From: Octopus sinensis
Lineage: Eukaryota
NCBI RefSeq assembly: GCF_006345805.1
Contig: NC_043002.1
Coordinates: 85,312,001-85,376,000 of the forward strand
Reading direction: 5' to 3'
DNA: 64,000 nucleotides
Below are positions 23,604-37,744 of this stretch, piece by piece. Each line of letters begins with the position of its first letter. Position 1 is the first letter of the stretch. The position numbers and the translations under genes were made by a program. The notes below the pieces were generated by a model. It searched no databases. It was not told the DNA's origin and saw only the letters and a list, made by a program, of their open reading frames with translations.

Positions 23604-23944
23604 AAACTCAATTGGTGGGATCATATTTTTTCTCTCTGAAACCTTAAGTTTCGTCTCATCTAGTGCTTCGCTTTTTTTTCATTATTACCACTTTTCTTCT
23701 ACAAACACTCTTTCATTGCCTTCTTGTAACGATTCTGCAAAATTAAATACACTACACCTACGCACATACGTACATGCACACGCACGCACACACACAAATA
23801 CACACACACACACACACACACACACTCACGTTCAGGAAGTTACTTATCATTAGAGGTGTGGTGGCTGCCTTTATTGCACGTACAAAACCAGCAAAATTTG
23901 AGAACGTCATTTAAATTATACTTTTGCCTATTGCTTATAAATTA

Positions 23945-24461
23945 CTAGCAGTATCGCCCGGCGTTGCTCGGGTTTGTAAGGGAAATAACTATATAAGCAT
24001 TTTTAGAGAGTTACTTCCCTTATAGATGCCAATTCGGGCTTTCTTAGCCATTTCTGTTTTGGTTTATTCAAGCCATGAAGTCGTTGTTCTAAAAGAACGC
24101 TGGTCTCCTTGACAACGCTTTACGACGTTGATATTCTTACACTCCCTTCCCCACAGCTTCACGAGGGAGGGAAGAAGGGGTAGAAGCAAACACAGGTGCA
24201 GGTGTTTGAGCGTGGACGCCAACACCGCCGCCATCGACACACGAAAAATTATGCATTAAAATGGAATAAAAAATGATGTTAAATTATTTTTAAAATCGTA
24301 GACTCATCGTAGACGCGCGCTAATAGCCAGACGAGCTCGATATTAATCTCGACTATAAGATACCCGAATTTGGTTAAACTGCACCGCAAAATGTGGGAGG
24401 AGTTAAGAATCTAAATCGAAGGGGACAGACACTCACACAACTACAGTTTTATATATATAGA
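23945..24461 (-). mobile_element. Complete non-autonomous Helitron (517 bp)
   Basis: Minus strand A|TCTATATATATAAAA ... CCCGAGCAACGCCGGG hairpin ... CTAG|T: canonical TC/CTAG ends in an AT target with no TSD. Confidence 0.85.
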
Positions 24462-26394
24462 TATGCTTAGGACGTACGTATATAATCGGTTTCGTTTATT
24501 TACTTATTCACATTTCAAAGCCTGTTATTATTGTTGATGTCGTTGTTACTGCTGTTAGTGTTCTTACTATTAGTGCCGTGGTTGTGATTGTAGCTTGCCT
24601 ATAATCTGTCATAACATTTCCCTAAAAGTTTTAGATCAATATTTAAATAGAAAACAAAGACTAAAAATTAAAAAAACATGTACAGATGCATCTCTTGTCC
24701 TAACGCGCTCTCTGTTCCCCTCCACCAGTAATCATATAAAAAAATTTCCCCCGCTCTTCAGGGAGCTGTACAACCTACTTTGAGAGGCACTGGTCTAATC
24801 GAAATAAATCAACGGAAAGAATAAATTTCGAATATAATGATGTGACGAAAATATGCGCATGTTTACTTCTTTATGGTAACTTTTTAGGACTACTAGATAA
24901 TTTTGAGACTAATTCAGCTGTTGTAAAAAGAGATACGTACAGTTGTATATGATAAAAAAGAAAGAAGAAAACAACTGCTCATTACTACGACAACGAAGTA
25001 GTCTCCGCTCGACCCACTTGAAATATAGCCAGATTACTCTCAAATCAAACTCTGCCATCATATAATGTAAAGGACACATGAGATAATGTAAATATGGACG
25101 CACCATTTTTTAATAAACAATTAGATGTTTACAGTTGGTATGCATTTGATCATAGATCGTCTTAATCAGAGAAGACGTGGGGTTAAACAATAGCCTCATT
25201 TATTGATTTGCGATCTTATGCAAACGTAATCATTAATATTTATTCGTGATTTGAACACATAATGTCGTAAAGCTGTATTGTGCGAAAAGAAAAATATTTT
25301 CCTGTTTCGTGCCGACAGTTGGAAATTTCTGCAGGCTTTTTAGATTTGTAACTGTCTCGTCTGGCTTCACGCAAATACTGAGTTAATAAAAGAAAAGGAA
25401 AATTTGAGTGAAAATAAAAATGAAAGAAAATTGAAAGATAAAAGAAGGATAGAAAAAGCAAAAAAAAAAAGAAGGAAAAAAAAACACATATTCGAAAACC
25501 TATTTAAGTGCTAAATCAGAAACATTCGGTAAATGTAAACATATAGAGAAGTTCATATTAAGTAACTGGACACAGTTTCTTGAATTTGATATTGTATTCA
25601 AGCGGTTTTGAGTAGTAATGAAATGATGAAGAATTTTTTAAAAAGTGCTTTTTTTTATTTTACTTCTACTTGTAACTTTTCCAACCATTTCCATATCTTT
25701 TAACTTTCTATCGTTCATGCTTTATTCTGGAATTTTGTTATCTAATATTAGAGGGCTGAATTTAATTTCATTCCCAAGTGATCTCTTACCATAAATCATG
25801 TTATTTAAAAAAAATGTCATCTAAATGTTTCCTCAGAATGCTCCGAGTAAGGAATATATCCTTTGTAGTCATAACATATGTGTTAGTTGAGGGTCAACGT
25901 CGGTGAGATATCAACCTGTTTCTAATGACAGATACTTTAACTTGGTGCTCTTGAATCTAATAGTAACAAAGCAAAAATACATGTATTAACTCTACATTCA
26001 GTACGTTATGTACATTTATACAATAGGCGCATCTTACTTAATCCCTTATGCTTACACAGAGAGAACATGCATGTATGAATAAGTCCGTTTACGCCCGGAT
26101 GCACTAAGACAGACTTGTCTTATTGTAATTACATTGTTTTAGCGAGCGAATTATGGTGACAGATTAAGTCAACCAGCTAAATTGACTCTGAAGCAGTCGA
26201 CAAATGAATGTAACTAGACTGTTTGATATATGTGTACTAGTTGATAAAGTTTAACCCCAGACTAGTCCTTATTGAGCAATCCCTTTAAACTTTGTTCTAA
26301 ATATGTGTGATTGTATTATACATTGTTTTCTCTTTTGAAAATGATAGCTTGTACAGTACTATACTTCACCACTCCAACAGTGTACATAAATATA

Positions 26395-26620
26395 TTGGGC
26401 TGTCCGGAAAGTTCGCGCCGATTTTATAGTAGCTTACTTTTCGACTTAACCTCCCAGGCACCTCAGTTCTGGGAAGTGGGTATTTTCAAGTTAAAGGAAA
26501 GATGGAGACGCATTATGCAACAAAATGGTTCGTATTTGGTTGATTAAAAATGTAATGGCAAGTATTTATTGACCTTTTTCTTTCCTTTAAAAATCGGCAC
26601 GAACTTTCCGGACAACCCAA
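26395..26620 (+). mobile_element. Internally deleted mariner element, TA TSD
   Basis: TIR ttgggctgtccggaaagttcg/cgaactttccggacaacccaa; encodes the mariner C-terminus FWEVGIFKLKERWRRIMQQNGSYLVD*. Confidence 0.88.
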
Positions 26621-27450
26621 TAAATTCCTCATCTCAAAAATATAGAATTGTATTATCCAATCTGTACGGAGCCGGTTCAGAGTTCAATCTCAGGCAAGGC
26701 ACTAAGGTGAACCACAAGACACACGAAGAAGGCTAGAGCATACATATCAAACATAGTGAAAAGCAAGAACCAAAATGAGGACACCACTCCGACTAATGTG
26801 TACATAATGATACTTTGATACTCTGTGTTTTGAGATAATTTTAATGTTACTTCTAGCAGATAAAACGACGAAGCAGTTTCTTCTAGATTTGCTTTTGCCC
26901 TTCATCAAGTTTATTGCGAGATTTTGAACTTTATTTTTGATTTTTCTATTTATAGTAAATTAGGATTGGGTGGTTGTGTTGATTCAGAGAGACTTAGTTG
27001 TTTTAACCACAGAACAGCCATGATGCCTGTTTTTTTTGCTTAACAGGAACAAAATATGGATTTTAGCAATTATTTTTAGCCAAAAGCTGCCGTGTCTTTC
27101 GTTTCTTGTTTGTCAATATATAGAACTATAGTTGCGGGTATTATTATTATTATATTTTAGCAACAAATCAGCTCCATCATGTAAATGTATTGTTATCACC
27201 GTCTTTGTGTTCGGGTATAAGGTTACATTCTCCTATGCCTTTCCTCTTCCAGATGGTATGATGTATTTAAAGCCCTAGGTCAATTTCTCTATATCAGAGT
27301 TGCAAACTGTTGGATTTAATTTTCCTATATCATTATTACAGGCTAATTTTATATGACACCGCTAGGAAAAACTGCCGTTCAAACCGAAAAGATCCTATTT
27401 GTTGTATATCGAGTCGCAGACACCAACACATTCGTTCACCAATTGTGATA

Positions 27451-27485
<35 letters not shown>

Positions 27486-27834
27486 ATACATGAATAATAA
27501 TAAATATCAGACAGTCTCTGTCCAGATTCTTTAATTATTTAGCATTTCAAAAAGATAGAGAGTGAACCAGTTCTAGTAAATAGACCAAATCGTGCCTGGA
27601 ATATTAATTATGTTCACTGATGAAGATAATTTAGGATGTTAACTAGATATTGCAATTTCGCTATCGTTAAGTTAGCGCAAAACTCTCGTAATGCACATTT
27701 TCCCGGGCCACCACCCACCAAAACCACGACTAAAATTTGGAGTGTATACGGCACATAATATTTGGTTGAAACATTTCCCCCGCTTCCTAATTTTATCAAG
27801 GAAATAAAATGCACTAAAGCGTTATTTTGTACAT

Positions 27835-27885
<51 letters not shown>

Positions 27886-28019
27886 AACATATTTTATACA
27901 AAAATGAAACATTAAACATTCATATTGTGCTAGAAAATGAATGGAATGCCAGGTGTGTGTCTTATCGTGACTACCAAAAAGAAAAAAATGAGGAATAGGC
28001 CTGAATATATATATATATA

Positions 28020-28229
28020 TCCTTTTACCCTTTTATTTGTTTCAGTCATTTGACTGCGGCCATGCTAGAGCACCGCCTTTAGTCGAGCAAATTGACCCCA
28101 GGACTTATTCTTTGTAAGCCTAGTACTTATTCTATCGGTCTCTCTTGCCGAACCGCTAAGTGAAGAGGACGTAAACACACCAGCATCGGTTGCCAAGTGA
28201 TGTTGGAGGAACAAATCATACACACAAAC

Positions 28230-28273
<44 letters not shown>

Positions 28274-28783
28274 GACGGGCTTCTTTAAGTTTCCGTCTAC
28301 CAAATCCACTCACAAGGCTTTGGTCGGCTCGAGGCTATAGTAGAAGACACTCGCCCCAAGGTGCCACGCATTGGAATTGAACCCGGAACCATGTGGTTGG
28401 TAAGCATATATATCCTTTTACCCTTTTACTTGTTTCAGTCATTTGACTGCAGCCATGCTAGAGCACCGCCTTTAGTCAAGCAAATTCTTTGTAAGCCTAG
28501 TACTTATTGTATCGGAATCTCTTGCCGAACCACTAAGTGACGAGGACGTAAACACACCAGCATCGGTTGTCAAGCGATGTTGGAGGAACAAATCATACAC
28601 ACAAACATATAAATGCATATATATGTACGACGGGCTTCTTTCAGTTTCCGTCTACCAAATCCACTCACAAAGCTTTGGTCAGCCCGAGGCTATAGTAGAA
28701 TACACTCGCCCCAAGGTGCCCCGCAGTGGGATTGAACCCTGAACCATGTGGTTGGTAAACAAGCTATTTACCACACAGCCACT
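28020..28783 (-). mobile_element. Two tandem SINE family A copies
   Basis: Units at about 28020-28404 and 28405-28783 share private variants. Confidence 0.88.
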
Positions 28784-29725
28784 TATATATATACATTTGT
28801 GTACCTTACAAGCCATTAAATACAATAAATGGATTATTGGAACCCCAATGATTTGAAATGGGGTTCCTCCGTATGGATCTCTAGATTAACGTTAATTTAA
28901 GGTACGTACCTCGGAGATCAAGGAGTCTTTCTCCCGGTCGAGCCGCTACTTTTCCGTATTGAAAGGTCACAGCTCTGATACTCCGGACATGTAATTAGAA
29001 TGTCGTAGGAAAGAATTACAAGACAGATTCTTCAAGCCGATCCAATTGGCAGAGGGCTTGGGGGCTGATCGAGAACGAGATGTTTGGATAATATACTTAG
29101 TCTCTGTTCATTGCATTTGAAAATCCAACCGGAAAGTCTAATGACGGTTATTCTTTAAAGGACCCTATGGAGGAATGTCTCAAGGCTCTACCTCTGCTAC
29201 TCTTCAAAGAACGGATGGATGAATTATTGAAAGAGAATTAACGAGTCGTTGTCATGATAGCGGTACAGGCGATTCTGAAGACCTAGACTTGAATTGTGTG
29301 ACAGCGTTAATAATAATTATATCATTTCTAAAGCAGAAAACCGATATGAACCGATTTACGAAATAGATTAAAAGAAGATTAACGAAATAGTTTCTGTTTG
29401 CATGATTTGGGAAATAATAGCAAGATTTAATATTTCTTTTTACTAGATTCAGTCATGTGACTGCAGCCCTCGAGGCGCACTTCTTTGAAGGAATTTCGAC
29501 AATCTCATAACCCTTTGGTGATCAGAGCACTTATTTCAGACTGTTACTTATTACTTCTGTCAAAATTTACCGAAATACTGGATTCCGAGACATAAACAGA
29601 AATAAATTTACCAACCTCTGAGTGCTAAAATTTTTATAAACGTAGGAGTGGCTGTGTGGTAAGTAGCTTGCTTACTCTGTCGTAGACAGACGTGTTTTTT
29701 TTTTTGGCGGTGAGTCGAACGTTTT

Positions 29726-30590
29726 GGGATCTTTTCCTTTTGAACGGCACATGTCAACACAATTTCTAGTTAACTAAACACTTTAAAATTTCGTATACTG
29801 GTAGAATGTGTCAAAATAAAACATTTTTTTCTCTTGGCTTTCTTGATAAAATTGTAATTCGTTTGTTTAACGTTGGGATCTTTTCCTTTTAAACGGCAGA
29901 TGTCAACACAATTTCTAGTTAACTAAACACTTTGAAACTTCGTATACTGGTAGAATGTATTTATAAAACATAATTTTTTCTTGGCTTTATTGAGAAAATT
30001 TTATATGTTGTAACATATTTCCACTTTAAAATCGAGCATTTCGGCAATTTTAACCAATCGCTAACTTCCATATGGGGTGAAAAGATTCCGTGCTGTATGA
30101 ATATGTCCCTTGTTTAAGAAACAGATTGGGTTTATTTACATTTGCGAAGAAAAAAAGATACCCTTCTCCCACCCCTAACCCTAATCCTAAAATAGATTGA
30201 AATGCAATAGATCGATACTAGGGTTATAATTATGGGTGACATTTTCATTTGACACCGCTAGAAAAAATATCCCATTTTCCGTAGCGGTGTCGTATGAAAT
30301 TGTCACCCATAATTATAACCCTAGTATCGATCTATTGCATTCCAATCTATTCTAAGATTAGGGTTAGGGTTAGGGGTGGGGGAAAGGTGTCTTTTTTTTC
30401 TTCGCAAATGTAAATAAACCCAATCTGTTTCTTAAACAAGGGACATATTCATACAGCACGGAATCTTTTCACACCAAATGGAGGCGAGCGATTGGTTAAA
30501 ATTGCCGAAATGCTCGAAATTTCAGACGAAATATCTTACAAACTATAGAATTTTCTCAATAAAGCCAAGAAAAAATGATGTTGGTTAGCT
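29726..30590. mobile_element. Rearranged cluster of TTAGGG-TIR family relatives forming a palindrome
   Basis: gggatcttttcctt starts at 29726 and 29875; about 29960-30262 is the reverse complement of about 30281-30585. Confidence 0.8.
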
Positions 30591-30944
30591 TTTTTAGTTA
30601 CCACCTCAGTAATAAGATCAGGCTGGAGACAGATTCATGAGAAGATGGAAGCCTGTGGCGAGGAAGCTGGGAGTGTTTACCACCAGGTAAGTGGAAGCCA
30701 AAAACAGGAAAGAAAATGCAGGGGGGTCTACCCTGGTGGTCGGATGCTTATCCTTCAGAGAAGCCATTACAAATTTCATTTGTAATGAGCAACGCTTAAG
30801 TCAAAGTTATAAACATATTTATTAAATTATTGTATATTTTAAATTGTAAATATTTAATCGCTACAGCTACTTCACCCTTTTATGTTTGTCTGTTCTTGTT
30901 CGCCCCCTCTTTGTAATGCCTTCATGGCAAATATTTATGAGATA

Positions 30945-31800
<856 letters not shown>

Positions 31801-31864
31801 GCGCGCGCGCGCGCACACACACACACACACGCACACACACACACACACACAACGCATACATGAT

Positions 31865-32150
31865 GTGAAGATGCGTAGCCTAGTGATTAGGATGCTGCAC
31901 ATACGATCGCAAAATCGCAATTTCGATTTCCAGATCGAAGGTGCGTAAAGTCCTTGAGCAAATTACTTCATTTCGCGTTTTTCCATTCCATTCGATTGCA
32001 AATGTATGACCCTGCGACGAACTAGCGTTCCGTTCAGAGGGGATGTTGGCCAACCTACCTAGCCAGTGGGGTGGCATCATTCGAAAACTACAATAACGCG
32101 AAGAAATGCATTGTGATCAGCAGTGTATAACAAAATCCGATAGTCTGGTC
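31865..32150 (+). mobile_element. Diverged tRNA-type SINE (family E)
   Basis: gcgtagcctagtgattaggatg head, ccttgagcaa CORE-like motif, and a tail like that of 48751-49060. Confidence 0.6.
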
Positions 32151-32320
32151 GATATTATAATATAGTGATAACCTACTATGATATATTATAGCAATAAATA
32201 AATAATATTATGCTCTGTATATGATACGCCTTTATTTTCAGGCCGAAATTGTTCTAAAGATCATGTGATATCATACATAATATACAATGTTGCGAACATA
32301 CATACGCACGTACATACATA

Positions 32321-32834
32321 CATGGTGGCTGCCCCCTCGTTATCGAGTATGGCCATTGCACGTAGCTTAATCAATGTTGTTATCGTGCAATGCCTGTGCA
32401 AGAAGATTTTTTTTTAAGTGAAGAAAGGCTGTGCACTGAGTCAACCCCACTCACTAAGCAACAGCAGTCATAATCCGAAAAGAAGAATAAGTCAACATCA
32501 TCAGTAACCACTGAGCCGCAGGTTTTATGTCAGAGTTATCTCAGTTACCTGAGTTACCTTCTCCTAGAAGGATGCCGTAACAAAGGTTAGGAGTCCTTCA
32601 CTCCCAATGGTTTAAATGCGCGATCGGGTATTCAGTCCGATTATTTCTATGTCCCGCGCATGATACAGCCTTAAGACATTTATTGGATGGCCGTTGACTC
32701 TCAAGAGTTCCTCCACCCTTTGACGGGTTTTGTTTTTCATCCCGCAGGGCGTCCAATAAACACCCTCCTCACCAAGCAAACTTGGTGGGGTTGCCGGTTT
32801 AGTCGCCGACGACCCGACCATGCAACAGGTTGTA
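32321..32834 (-). mobile_element. Repeat family H, resembling RTE 5' UTR, embedded in (CATA)n
   Basis: Highly similar second copy at 34101-34657. The motifs ctaggagaaggtaactc and ggtgaggagggtg are recalled from RTE 5' ends. Confidence 0.55.
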
Positions 32835-33010
32835 CATACATACATACGTACATACATACATACATACACACATACATACATACATACATACATACATACA
32901 TACATACATACATGTATACATTTATACATGGAGGCAATTATGCGGATAGACAAATTAGATACGTCAAATATATTAAATATGTTAGTTTGGGTATGAAATA
33001 CAAAATATCA

Positions 33011-33166
33011 GAAGCGGCTGTGTGGTAAGTAGCTTGCTTACCAACCACATGGTTCCGGGTTCAGTCCCACTGCGTGGCATCTTGGGCAAGTGTCTTCTAC
33101 TATATCCTCGGGTCGACCAAAGTCTTGTGTGTGGATTTGGTAGACGGAAACTGAAAGAAGCCAGTC

Positions 33167-33205
<39 letters not shown>

Positions 33206-33415
33206 TGTGTGTATGTATGTATGTATATATTAGTGTGTGTGTGTGCGTTTGCCCCCCTCCCCCGGTGTGTTTACGTCCCCGTAACCTAGCGGTTCAGCAA
33301 AAAAGAGAGATAAATAAGTACTAAGCTTACAAATAATAAGTTCTGGGTCGATTTGCTTGACTAAAGGCGGTGCTCTAGCATGGCCGCAGTCAAATGACGG
33401 AAACAAATAAAAGAA
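33011..33415 (+). mobile_element. SINE family A, inside an inverted-repeat pair
   Basis: Full head and tail; flanked by inverted arms at 32930-33010 and 33441-33518. Confidence 0.88.
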
Positions 33416-33766
33416 CTTGTATATGTGCATACATATATGTATATTTTGCATTTAATACCCAAACTAATATACTTAATATATTTAATGTATGTAATTTTTT
33501 ATCCGCATAATTGCCTCTATACCCGCTCAACTTGATCCCTCTTATAGCCTTTCTTTACCTTGTAGATTGACCCGTGTAAAGACACCAGGGTATAAGTTTG
33601 AATATTTCGAGAATTTCTCTACGGAAAATCTAAGGATCTTATCTGTGAACTACATAAACACATACATACATACATACATACATACATACATACATACATA
33701 CATACATACGCGCGCATACACACACGCACACACACATAAACACATACATTTTGCGAAATATTGATA

Positions 33767-33976
33767 CCTAGGGTTTCGTAGTCGAAACATTTAATTCGCT
33801 ATTTTTTAAGCTGAGAACAAAACTGTTTGACAGTTGCTTTTCAAGCTGATGACATTTAAAAGTTTAAAGCTAAGATTTTTGGTTTAAAAGTTATCTGCTT
33901 GTAAAGCAACTGCCAAACTATTTTGTTCTCAGCTTGAAAAATGGCAAAATAAATGTTTCGACCACGAAACCTTGGG
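33767..33976. mobile_element. MITE, 210 bp, long TIR arms, TA TSD
   Basis: TA|cctagggtttcgtagtcgaaacattt ... aaatgtttcgaccacgaaaccttggg|TA. Confidence 0.85.
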
Positions 33977-34100
33977 TAGCAGTATTGCCTTAGATTTGTG
34001 GTTTACGTTATAACATTATATTTACTCTTTTAGCAGATCGAGTGCTATTCAACTTGTTTAAGCCTTACCGCATACATACATACATACATACATATATGCA

Positions 34101-34657
34101 CATGGTGGCTGCCCCCTCGTTATCAAGTATGGCCATTGCACGAAGCTTAATCAATGTTATCGTGCAATGCCTGTGCAAGAAGATTTTTTTAAAGTGAGGA
34201 AAGGCTGTGCACTGAGTCAACCCCACTCACTAAGCAACAGCAGCCATAACCTGAAAATAAGAACAAGTCAACATCATCGGTAACTACTGAGCCGCAGGTT
34301 TTATGTCGGAGTTATCCCAGTTACCTGAGTTACCTTCTCCTAGAAGGATGCCCTAACAAAGGCTAGGAGTCCTTCACTCCCAATGGTTTAACCGCGCGAT
34401 CGGGTATTCAGTCCGATTATTTCTATGTCCCCGCGCATGATACAGCCTTAAGACATTTATTGGATGGCCGTTGACTCTCAAGAGTTCCTCCGCCCTTTGA
34501 CGGGTTTTGTTTTTCATCCCGCAGGGTGTCCAATTAACACCCTCCTCACCAAGCAAGCTTGGTGGGGTTGCCGGTTTAGTCGCCGACGACCTGACCATGC
34601 AACAGGTTGTACTGGGTTACATGTTACCAGTAGCACTCGAAAGTGACCTGACTCAAC
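34101..34657 (-). mobile_element. Repeat family H, second and longer copy
   Basis: Colinear with 32321-32834 and extends about 45 bp further. Confidence 0.6.
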
Positions 34658-35212
34658 ATACATATATACACACATGCATACATACACACGCATGCACGCT
34701 CGCGCGCACATATATATTAAAAGCAAAGGGAGAAATATTTTGAGAACTTTATCATGAAAAGAAAAGGAGAAAAAAAATGAACATTTTTATCAAATGATGC
34801 CATTGGTTTCAATTGTTTAGACTATTTAATCACGCAATAAAAAGCAAAGATAAATTTAATTAAATCAATCTTTCATGATAGCAGTTTCGAAAGCTCACAT
34901 GATTTTCTTTTAAAAAATAGATGTCAGTCGTTCTTAGTGTTCCCCTGATAGCTGCTGAGTCATAATAGTAGTACAAACAGTGTTATCAGTGATTAATTAG
35001 TCCTAACAATTGAAACTGGTAGGGTCTTTTGAGTAAATATGTGAAGTATCCTCATTTTTCATATGGTGATTTCCCAAAGCAATTTCTCCTTTAGTTTTTG
35101 ATATAAATTTACTAGTGTGAAACTTCTTGACTTTTTCAACACACACGCGCGCGCGTGCATGTGAGCATATAAGTGTATATGTGTGTGTATAGATAGATAG
35201 ACAGACAGACAG

Positions 35213-35357
35213 ATATGTTTCTTTATTAGCCACACAGACGGAACAAATTACAAAGTAAAACTTTTCTTTTGGGGAAGAAAAAAACAAGTGGGGTAGGTTT
35301 TCGATCAAAAGGGATCGTAAAAAGGAAAGAAAAAAATGATCAATAGGGATCGTGTAT
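35213..35357 (-). mobile_element. Tx1/L1-like 3' stub inside (GATA/GACA)n
   Basis: Same tatgtttctttattagccacacag end as 2499; microsatellite on both sides. Confidence 0.6.
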
Positions 35358-35358
35358 C

Positions 35359-35485
<127 letters not shown>

Positions 35486-35964
35486 CCATGTGGACATGTA
35501 CAGGCTCAGAAAAATAAAATGTTAACATACAATAGTGAAGTGGGAGAAAAGCAGTTAATTAATAATAATTATGCCATGAGAATAAAACATTAAACTCGAT
35601 GACTAATTTAATCTGATCTTGGGAAATAGAGAGGAGACAATTCAGGACATATTTTGGTCGTGTTGTATTTCCTCAGCAAAGCCTAGTCTTCTCCGTCCTA
35701 GCTTCATAAAAAGACGATAATAGCTTAATGATTAACTCTAATTTAGTTTGATGTTGGTAAAAATAGTCAATTGATCTAAATAGATAAATAATATTCGCTA
35801 CGTCCCTTGCGACAGAGAATAACGACGTCGTTCTTATTTCATTAGGATTTATTTTCGAGACGTGTGCCAGTTACAACATATTTAAAGACTTCTGTGATAG
35901 GTATCTGCCGCTATTTCATGACCGTAAAGATTAAATGTTATGAAATACATATTTTAAGGATATT

Positions 35965-36347
35965 CTTTTCTACTCTAGGCACAAGATCCGAAATTTTGGG
36001 GGAGGGGGTCAGCCGAGTAGATCTACCCCAGTATGCAACTCGTACTTAATTTATCGACCCCAAAAGGATGAAAGGCAAAGTCGACCTCAGAACATAAACA
36101 CATACGAAGTAAGCCATTTCTTTACTAATCACAAGGGGCTAAACACAGAGAGGACAAACAAGGACAGACAAACGGATTAAATCGATTATATCGACCCAGT
36201 GCGTAACTGGTACTTATTTAATCGACCCCGAAAGGACGAAAGGCAAAGTCGACCTCGGCAGAATTTGAACTCAGAACGTAGCGGCAGACGAAATGTTGCT
36301 AAACATTTCGCCCGGCGTGCTAACGATTCTGCTAGCTCGCCAGCCTT
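35965..36347 (-). mobile_element. SINE family B with one internal duplication
   Basis: Same layout as 15397-15799. Confidence 0.85.
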
Positions 36348-36592
36348 ACATATTGTAAGGATATTATCTGCATACTGCATTCAAATGAATGACAAATGCG
36401 GAACTACCTCCGAGTGCTTCAAACCAACAAAGTCACCAGTCCCGATAATGCTCCTTCCATGCATGTTTATCTCATATTTCCACCAGACTCTTAATTCCTT
36501 TCAAGATCTTTCTCTCTCTCTCTTTTATTTCTCCCTCTTTCTCTCGCGTTATGTCCCATCATTCAGGATCGCACTAACATATGTCTTACTCC

Positions 36593-36650
<58 letters not shown>

Positions 36651-36673
36651 CTTTCTGATTCCGTCTACTATCA

Positions 36674-37045
36674 ATGGGAAGCACTCCGTCGGTTCCGACG
36701 ACGAGGGTTCCGGTTGATCCGATCAACGGAACAGCCTGCTCGTGAAATTAACGTGAGCACTCCACAGTCACATGTACCCTTAACGTAGTTCTCGATATTC
36801 AGCGTGACACGGAGAGTGACAAGGCCGGCCCTTTGAAATACAGGTACAACAGAAACAGGAAGTAAGAGTGAGAGAAAGTTGTGGTGAAAGAGTACAGCAG
36901 GGATCACCACCATCCCTGCCGGAGCCTCGTGGAGCTTTAGGTTCTTTTCGCTCAATAAACACTCACAACGCCCGGTCTGGGAATCGAAACCGCGATCCTA
37001 CGACCGCGAATCCGCTGCTCTAACCACTGGGCCATTGCGCCTCCT
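36674..37045 (-). mobile_element. SINE family C, full length, 10-bp TSD
   Basis: tRNA-like head ggaggcgcaatggcccagtggttag...tcgattccc; TSD tctactatca at 36664-36673 and 37046-37055. Confidence 0.9.
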
Positions 37046-37314
37046 TCTACTATCAGTATATCGCTAGCTTCAAATGTCTGAAAAGCGAGGTAGCCATTAA
37101 CAATCATCTTTCCCAGCATTCTCTTCTTTAATGACCGCCAGTATAGCACTTTAAAAGACACATCTACAAGAGACCTATTCTAGTATATCACCGATTAGTG
37201 GGGGTCGTACCAGTGCCACCATAAGGCATGGACATTCGCCGTTGCCGAGGAAGCTCACGGATATAGAGGCCCAATTCTGATCTACGTATGCCGTAGTTTA
37301 CTGTTAATAAATGA

Positions 37315-37744
37315 AGGAACTTTTCGGTTTGAACGGCAGTTTTTTCTAGCGGTGTCATATGAAATTGTCACCCATAATTATGACCCTAGTATCGATCTAT
37401 TGCATTTTAATCTGTTTTAGGGTTAGGGTTAGTTAGGGTTAGGGGTGGGGGGAAGGATATCTTTTTTTTCTTCACAAATGTAAATAAACCCAATCTGTTT
37501 CTTAAACGAGGGACATATTCATACGGCACAGAATGTTTTTTACCTCAATAGACGTCAGTGATTTGTTGAAATTGCAGAAATTAAAGAAAAATAGCAACAA
37601 ATATCTTACAAACTATAGAATTTTCTCAATGTAGCCAAGAGAAAAAGATGTTTTATAAACACATTCTACCAGTATACGAAGTTTAAAATTTTTTAGTTAC
37701 CAAGAAATTATGTTAAAAACTGCCGTTCAAACCGAAAAGATCCC
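37315..37744. mobile_element. TTAGGG-containing TIR element, second full copy
   Basis: Colinear with 23165-23603. Confidence 0.88.

Noticed and set aside
28930-29330. Coding-looking stretch including RCHDSGTGDSEDLDL, reminiscent of protocadherin cytoplasmic DSG.GDS motifs
   Set aside because: All frames are interrupted by stops, there are no convincing splice sites, and the motif is too short to be significant.
34540-34660. HDV-like or twister ribozyme in family H
   Set aside because: P1/P1.1/P3 or the twister pseudoknot motifs could not be assigned by hand; kept only as an open structured-RNA lead.
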